DNA of 64,000 nucleotides from Sphagnum compactum. Its lineage: Eukaryota. The notes under the pieces were generated by a model. The model was not told the DNA's origin. It saw only the letters and a program-made list of their open reading frames with translations, and did not search any database. The position numbers and the translations under genes were made by a program. Within the stretch, counting starts at the first letter, position 1. Every line of letters starts with the position of its first letter. Shown piece after piece: positions 55,861 to 64,000 of the stretch. The stretch covers positions 23,240,213 to 23,304,212 of the forward strand of contig OZ234493.1 in the NCBI GenBank assembly GCA_965153455.1, read 5' to 3'.

Positions 55861-56729
55861 TCCCGCAGATAACAGTCAAAACGGGTGAAAAACATAGCAC
55901 CTCAGAGTGGAATTGCTTTCTGATCTCATGGAACTTCTCCACATTCAGTGCATAAGGAGAAACATGCAAATTGGTTTGAAGCAACGTGCACAAAAGATTG
56001 GCAGGTACATCCGATCCAGGCAGATCCAAGCTCAAAACTCAACACAATTGGAAACAAGGAGATGATACTCCAGAGGTTGCTCTTGTTGCTGGTTTTGTCA
56101 CTGCACTTAGACTCACATTCTTTCATGCCAAACTTCAAAGATCCCAAATCCTATGTTCCATGGATTGACTGCCATCATCCCTACACAATTGATTACAGAC
56201 AGAAAAGAAGGCGGCAAAGCAAGGGTTTGAATTGGACTTTGAACAGCCAGATCCTTAGCATAGATGTGCGCTTGACATTCAAACGAAGATCGAGGCACCA
56301 AACAACACACCTGCTGCCGCAGCATTTACTGGAAAGATCACCACACTCATAGCAATTGTAAGAAGAGAAACTACATCGCCTTGAACTTCTCCCTTCCGAT
56401 GTGAATTTCTTATTGCTGCAGACAGGATCCCAGAGTTGGATCACTCAAGAAGAACAAGTAGAGGAGGAGAAGATTTGGAGTTGGTCTGGATGAGGGAGGG
56501 AAGGAGACAAGTTTGTGAAAGCAGACAGAAATTCGTCCGCAAAATTTCTTCCGTGCACGCACATGCGCAACCTTACAACCCTATGAATTTGGTTTTTTCG
56601 TTCCTTTCTGTGATGCGAGGTTCTTGCGCGCGGCAACCTTCAAGAGTATTGCTGTGTGTTTTCCCTCCGCGTTCTCGAATCGATCGCGACATGGATGCAA
56701 ATCTCTCTACTTCATGATCCTTCTTGCTC

Positions 56730-59700
56730 ATGGCAATGCGCGAGCTCATCATACCTGCATCTCGCGTCCGCTTCGGTCTTTGTTTGGGTGAGTCCAGGAC
56801 TTAAATCTTTTTTACACTTCTACTGCACCTTGCAAATTTCTGCTGCTCTCCTCGTTTGTTTCGTGACCCTCAGGTCTGTAATTTTGTTCATACGAGAGCA
56901 AAAAAAGTTGAAGCTATTTCCTATTGATCGTCTCCATTCCGTGGGAGGATTTGAGCGTGCTTAAGAAGAGTCGGGTTGAAGCAACGTTTCTGAGTTTTTC
57001 GCACAACAATAATATCAACTGCTTGCAACAGGTTTTGGTCGTTGCCACAGGGTTCTAGCCTCTTCTGAAAGAGAAGATCGTCCAGTAATCACACCAGCTC
57101 CATTCTCAGGTGCGTATATGTGTTGAATGTTTTTACAAGCTAGCACAAAATTCTCACAGTAAGTGCAGAGCTCCATCTTTGAGTGGTCATAAAAAGGAGA
57201 GCCAGCATCCGAGATGGAATATCTGATTTGTTTCATTCACATTTTTAACCTTGGTTGAAACACCATGCTTTCTCACTGTAGCCTACATCTGTGAGAGCTT
57301 GTATGTTTGTTTTTCATCAGTTTCAGTGGTTGCTTGCAGACAACCAGAGAAGGATTGTAGAGAAGCTTTGGCAAAAATTCTTTTCAGATCCTTCACAATG
57401 GTGGGATCACAGGTTGGAAAAGGTAAATGCAAACTGGTTGCTGCTGGGATTCTTTTGAGGATGTAGCAAGTTGGGAGCAATTTGGGAGCAATCAGTCTTT
57501 GCTGGTTTGTCATGGTGATCACCTGGTTTGCAGCACTTGGCTGTCAGAAATACACAGCTCATGAATGAGAGATTTTGGATTTCTGGTCACAGGGACATGC
57601 AAGGTATCCTGATTTCAAACATAAGAGGACACAGGAGGCACTGTGGCTCAATAACAATTTGAAACCCCCATGGGTTGAATCAAAGCTGGTGGCAATGGCT
57701 CCAGGGAGTGTACAAGTGAGCATTTTTCAAAGGAACATACAGCTTGCAAGGTATGCTAAGGCTGGACACTATGAGATGGTATTGAAGCTTTTTCAACAAC
57801 TGCAACAAGAAGAAGGCACAATTCCTGACAGGTTCACTTTTGTTCCAGTGCTCAATGCATGTGCTAGTCTACGAGCACTTGAGGAGGGTAGACACATCCA
57901 TGCACAGATTGTACAAAGTGGTTTTGAGTCAGATGTCTACATTGGTAATAGCCTTGTTGATATGTATGCCAAATGTGGGAGCATAGAGGATTCCTGGAGA
58001 GTTTTCAGCAGGATGCCAACACGTGATTCTGTTGCATGGAATGCATTGATTTCGGGGTATGTGAAATGTGGCCAAGGACACAAGGCATTAGCATTGGCTC
58101 AAGAGATGCAACAAGAGGGGCTGGAACCTGGTGCTGTCACTTTTGTTGCTGTTTTGAATGCATGTGCCAGTGTTTTGGCACTTGAGGAAGGCAGGCGTGT
58201 GCATGAGCACATAATTCGAAGTGGTTTGGAGTCTAACTTATTTGTGGGTAATAGCCTTGTAGACATGTATGTAAAATGTAAAAGCCTGGAGGAAGCATGG
58301 GGAGTCTTCAACAGGATGCCTACACGCAATGTGGTCTCTTGGAATGCTATGATTCTTGGACATGTGAAATGCGGTTATGGGCGGAAGGCATTGGAAGTAT
58401 CTCAACAAATGCAACAGGAGGGGGTGGAGCCTAACACTCTGACCTTTGTGGGAGCACTGAATGCATGTGCTAGTTTAGCAGCACTTGAAGAAGGCAGGCA
58501 TCTGCATCAACAGATTATTCAAAGTGGGTGTGAATCTGATGTTTTAGTGGGTAACAGCCTTGTGGATATGTATGCCAAATGTGGGAGTATAGAAGATGCC
58601 TGGAGGGTGTTCAGTAGGATGCAGGCACATGATGTGTTTGCATGGAGTGCCATAATTCTGGGTTATGTCAAATGTGGGCAAGGGAAGAAGGCCTTGGAAC
58701 TAGCTCAACAAATGCAACTGGAGGGAGTGAAGCCAGACCCTGGTATCTTTGTGGCAGTACTGAATGCATGTGCTAGTGTAATGGCACTTGCAGAAGGAAA
58801 ACTTATTCATTCTCAGATAATTCAGAATGGTTGTGAGTCTGATATATTTGTGGGTAGTAGCCTTGTCGACATGTATTCTAAATGTGGGTGCATATCTGAT
58901 GCTTGGAAGGTATTCAACAGGATGTCCTCACGGAATGTGGTTGCTTGGAATGCTATGATTCTGGGATTTGTGAAATCTGGGCAAGGGCAGAAATCCTTAG
59001 AACTGTTTCGGCAAATGGAACAGAAAGGAGTGGAGCCAGATCCTGTCACATTTGTGGGAGTGCTCAATGCATGTGCCAGTGTATCAGCACTTGAAGAAGG
59101 CAGGCGTATTCATCAACAGATCATTCAAAGTGGTCTTGAGTCAGCTGTTTTTGTTGGTAGTAGCCTCCTTGATATGTATGCCAAATGTGGGAGCATAGAG
59201 GATGCACAGAAGGTGTTCAACAAGATGCCTATGCAGGATGTGATCACATGGACTGCCATGCTCAAGGGATATGCGATGCATGGGCTTGGTAAGGAAGCTC
59301 TCAGACATTTTGAACAGATGTCTCAAGCAGGTCTAGAGATGGATCAAGTCACTTTCATTTCTCTTTTGTCAGCTTGTACCCATGTGGGCCTAGTAGATGA
59401 AGGCCTCTGCTACTTTGAATCCATGGGATCAGTTTATGGTGTTCCTGCAACAGTGGAGCACTATGCCTGCATTGTTGATCTTCTTGGCCGTGCTGGCCAT
59501 CTTCAGGAAGCAGAGGATTTCATCAGTACTATGTCCTGTGAGCCTGCTGCCTCTGTATGGGTAGCTCTCCTTGGTGCTTGCAGGATTCATCATAACATGG
59601 AGATGGGAGAGCGTATTGCAAAACAGCTTGTTGAATTGGACCCTGGGAATGTTGCAAGCTATGTGCTCCTATCAAACATCTATGCTGCTGCAGGCAAGTG

Positions 59701-60163
59701 GGATCTCAGTGCAAATGTTCAACGACAGAGATTGGAAAAGGGCATGAAAAAACAGCCAGGGCCAACCTGGATTGAAGTGAATAATGAAATTCACACATTT
59801 GTTGTGGATGATCAAGACCATCCTCAAATGGTTGAAATTCATGCAGAACTGAAGAGATTGTCAGGGCAGATGAAGGATCCCGGATATGTGCCTGATACAA
59901 AACTTGTGCTGCATGATGTAGAGGAAGAAGAGAAGTTGTTTCATTTGTGTCACCATAGCGAGAAGCTGGCTATTGCATATGGGCTGATCAGCACACCTCC
60001 TTATACTCCACTCCGGATTTTCAAAAACCTCCGGATATGTGGCAATTGCCACACATTTACCAAGTTCATTGCAAATCTAGTTAAGAGAGAAATCATAGTC
60101 AGAGATGCCAATTGCTTCCATCACTTTCAGGATGGTCATTGTTCTTGCAGGGATTACTGGTGA
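56730..60163 (+). CDS. PLS-class PPR protein with E1-E2-DYW domain (organellar C-to-U editing factor) and an N-terminal OSB-type PDF motif
   Basis: Proposed exons 56730-56787, 57032-57109, 57340-57422 and 57593-60163 (all GT-AG, phases consistent, 929 aa). Five PLS triplets + P2L2S2 + E1/E2; PG box KKQPGPTWIEV; HHSEKLA; CGNCH; terminal CSCRDYW*. Confidence 0.92.
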
Positions 60164-60732
60164 TGCCAGCAGTCTCTTCTATGTGGAATGGGGAAGGATC
60201 TTTCAGATTGCTTCTGGTATGCATGCACTTTAGGTTTGTGGAATGATGCCTCAGACTGCATGCTGGTAGCTCTTTTTCTAGTGCCTAATTTGATTTTCAG
60301 AGGGAGGGGCAACAAAACATCCTGGCAATGTGAATTGGTGTCTTTTTGTATGAAGTTTGAAAGGAAGAACTTGTAGTGTCAGGGAATGAATTCCACTAGA
60401 AATGCCACTGCAAACAATTGAGGATTCTAGAAGTATGGATATCAACACATCCATCCAGGCAGTGATAACATGGCAGTTCTTCTATCTAGTTACAACCATT
60501 CACGTGCAATGAGTGTGAGGTACCAAATGACACAACTTTCATCCTTTACTGAAGTGCAAAATGTATCCCATGATACAACATTTCCTTTAAGAAATTCACT
60601 TTGACTAACCAAGTTGGGCAGCATTAAGATTACACTCTTCCTGTTATGTGATACTGGGTACAATAGCCCCTCTTTGTTGGGGTTATAAAATGATCATTGT
60701 ATACACACTACCAAACATTCATCACCTGAAGC

Positions 60733-61103
60733 TTACACACTGAATTCTGCATTGTGATCAAATTTATTGTTGCCTCTCTCAGTTTCATCCTCTTGCTGTT
60801 GGTCCCTTCCAGGCATCAGTAGTTTCCCAATGAATGACATTCCACTTGTAGCCCGCCGTGCAGAAAGTGATGCTGATTGCTGCTCAGATGTATTTGGATG
60901 TTCTGATATCTCTATAGTACCTGATCCATCTGGAGGAGACATGAAATGTAGAGAAACAAAGTGCCACATGGTTGTGAGTACTTAAACTGCAGGCATAGCT
61001 TTTTGGTATGTAATCCATTTTGAACCCTCAAGAAACTGCCATGCCCTGAGTTGAAGAGAGAGCTATGCCCAAGCTTTATTTGTGTATTGTCTACGTTAGA
61101 AAT

Positions 61104-61137
<34 letters not shown>

Positions 61138-64000
61138 TCAAAACATCTTTTCATATATCTCACCTGGTGTGTTTGGTTCTGAATTACTAGCTTCAGTGCT
61201 GTCAAAAGTTTCACTGCTAACGTCTTGTGAGCTGTTGCCATTGATAGAATCATCATTGTCATCACGTGAGGAAGAGCCCTGAAAGGTGGAAGGGTCGCTT
61301 GAGGAAACTCCATTGGCTAACACATGCTTGTGCTTCTTATGCTTCACTTTTGCTCTGTGATGCCAGCCATGAAGAGCATTGACAGTTGATTCCTCAAAAA
61401 TGGAATGCTTGAGTTTAGTACCCATCTGTGGAACCACCAAAGGTCGTGAAAAATTGTGTGTGAGTTTCATAATACTCGTAATAGTTTGGCAGAATTCAGT
61501 CTGGAATCCAGGTTTGAGATCTATGTCCCACAGGCAAAGCCCAAGGATCTGTGAAACTGTAGTGTGGCAAATGTACTCACCAATATGAATTGCTACCTGA
61601 AATTAAATTGAGAAAGCTCAAAATGGAACAGATGATGCTGGAGGAATACCTGGGTGACAAGTGCATATAGGGGCAGTGTGCTGTAGCTGCACAACCATTG
61701 GACAAAAAGTCTGCAAAAGGCTCCAAATACCAAGTGGTGAACTTCAGTTAAACCTTGGAAACAGTACTTTTATCTTGACGTCCCAAGGATGCATGTTCTA
61801 CAAATTTTGTGGACTCTTATTGCAATCTTGAACTGCAGTTATGTTACTCTTCACCTGTAATCACCTTTGTCACTCATGGCTCTCTTCTTACAAGCTTGTC
61901 TCTTGCTACAGCTTGCTACATACTGACAACTTTAGGCACATATTGCAAGGATTGAAGCTTTACCCCATGGCTAACCGCACTAAAACCATCCATGTCTTCC
62001 CCATCATGCAAGAATGGAATCCAAATGTGTACTGCAAAAAGGATACAGCAGTGGTAAGTCACTACACATTAGTCTTTGAGACATCGGAGTGCTGAAAGCA
62101 TGTTGAATTACAGAGACATGTGTCATTGTTGTTCTTGCAATCAAATATATCTTCATAAGTACTGAGAGTTTCTCTCAATCAGAACATTTGATCATCAGTG
62201 AATGTACACTTGACAAGAGATGTGTTCAACTACCATCAGGTACTTCAAATCTCATTTGGAAAAGTCAACAGAATGCTTACCAGAAGCCAGAAGAAGAATG
62301 CAAGCTCAAAGGCATTCTGCAGGATGGTCAACCATGATCAACATCATTCCATGAGACAAAAAGTGAATGTGTGTTCTTGCAGGCATTGGTAACAAGATGG
62401 CATATTACTAATATCAATGTAAGATGATAGGTCTACTTGAAGCCAGATTCTAATCCTGCAACATCTGTGATGCATTCCTAACCTGGAAAAACCTTACATC
62501 CCTCACCTGCTTGCATACAGTGTGTTTGATATTTTAACATGAGTCCGGTGATTGATAGATTACCTGGAAGAGGACAAAATGAATGAGGTACAGCATGACT
62601 CTTGGCCTTTTGAACCAGAACAGGTCATCCCGAAGTCGAACAGGAGTGCAATGGTAGGTTTGTCCCCTGTGGGCATGAGCATTATCACACTGAACTTGTG
62701 CATTCTTGAACAGCCTCACTGGTGTATCAACAGCCTTTACACAGCCTCGTACTTCAAGTGTCAGTTCACAGATGATCTTTTGTAGCTTAGCTCCCATTAT
62801 TAATACCATCTGCATGCAGAGCACAGAAAAACCTTAGACATCATACATCACCTGCCTGTCCAACTGCATCAAAGGCCATAGGTTGAGGTTTTGAGAAAGT
62901 TTGCTGACATAGCATTCAAACCCAAAACCACTACAACTCAGAGCTTGGCTGTTCTTATCAACCTCCTGAAATAGGTAGGTAAATAGCTAAACAAAGCTAG
63001 AGAGGTAGGTAGCAACCTAGACTATGTATGGTATTTGTCACCTTTGGCCTCCAACTTAGGCTGTAACATGCCATCTACTTAGTCAAGGCACCTAAGGAAG
63101 AAGCTAAAGAGCGGAAACAGGAAAACAAAAGACCTAATAAAAACAAGGGGGAAGAAGAATGAGAGAATTGGAGGGCAAGAAAAGTAGAAGTTAATTATTA
63201 GTGTGCTTACAAACAAAGGTAAAAATGCTATCCAGAAGAATATAGACCAACCTGCAAGGAGATAAAACCACAAAATCAGTGTGCAGCACAGTCGAAAGCC
63301 TTAAACCCTAAATTCCGCTGTTCTGAGATAGATACCTTGTAAAACCTTGCTTGAATTGTGAAGAGGTGCATTGAAGAAGAGAAGTGAGAACCAGTGGGTA
63401 GACAGGAAAGGCAGCAGACAACCCACCATGGACATCAAGGAGCAAAAAGATGACAACAAATACCCACAAATAAAACCTGTAAAGGCAAAGCCACATATTA
63501 GGATACACATTATGGCAGTTGGTTTTTTTCCCTTGCAGACATTACTGAACTTTAATCTCTGCAATGGTAGCATTGCACTACTAGAACCCAACTCAATAGT
63601 GTATGGGCAAAAGTGTCGCAGATTTGGGATGGATTAGACAAAGCAAGCAAGCTGAAAAAAGTTGAGAAGAAGTTGAGGTCAACCTGATCCCTACTACAAC
63701 TTTGAAGTCAGCTTCCACGGTGCGCTTTATGTATTTGTGGAAATCATAGTTCTTTGATAACCTATGAGTCTACACCACAAGCCAATCCATATTTTATAGA
63801 AACAGTGTGTTAGGGGGGACAAAGTGTATCAAAGGAAAACTCAAGCAGTTAGCACTCAAAATCAATTGCTGACAATATTGTATTGTGAAGGAAGCTGTTG
63901 ATCAGAATTGAAGAATGAAAGATAGTTGAGATAAACTCACAGCAAGAAAACCAACACGAAGTGTCAAGTAGTCGGTCCTTGTGACAGATCTGCTAAACTG
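60733..64000 (-). CDS. MLO: MLO family seven-transmembrane protein (3' part; 5' end lies outside the window)
   Basis: Exons encode YDFHKYIKRTVEADFKVVVGI, YLWVFVVIFLLLDVHG, WSIFFWIAFLPLF, MVLIMGAKLQKII...LRDDLFWFKRPRVMLYLIHFVLFQ, NAFELAFFFW, FVQWLCSYSTLPLYALVTQ and MGTKLKHSIFEESTVNALHGWHHRAK (CaM-binding region). Probable last exon 60929-60733. Confidence 0.93.
61106..61134. repeat. (AG)n microsatellite in the last MLO intron
   Basis: Direct reading of the AG run. Confidence 0.9.

Noticed and set aside
55926-56444. Several overlapping short ORFs between the PPR pseudogene and the PPR gene
   Set aside because: No recognisable domain or consistent frame; more likely the pseudogene's 5' region or shared promoter DNA.
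57575-57592. ORF-track start of the 862-aa PPR protein
   Set aside because: It is a TTG inside the intron 3' end; the exon begins after CACAG at 57593.

Overview
Eukaryotic, intron-rich nuclear DNA from a land plant with flagellated sperm. Gene content suggests a bryophyte, possibly a Sphagnum-like moss, but the taxon is an inference. Eight protein-coding genes are supported: a zf-4CXXC_R1/DDT (CDCA7-like) chromatin protein, centrin, a GT34 glycosyltransferase, a C2/EF-hand phosphatidylserine decarboxylase, a Ycf20-like protein, a DLEC1/CFAP81-like ciliary protein, a PLS-class PPR-DYW editing factor and a 5'-truncated MLO gene. Also present are an inverted PPR-DYW pseudogene, two copies of a TIR MITE, a decayed hAT-like transposase and several promoter-proximal tandem repeats. 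Top observation: once its three small upstream exons are spliced on (missed by the ORF track), the PPR-DYW protein carries an organellar-type targeting peptide and a complete OSB-type 'PDF' single-stranded-DNA-binding motif (LWQKFFSDPSQWWDHRLEK|GHARYPDFKHKRTQEALWL) fused in front of the RNA-binding PPR array and cytidine-deaminase domain. The neighbouring inverted pseudogene retains the same motif split by the same intron. Gene models were read by eye; no searches were run.
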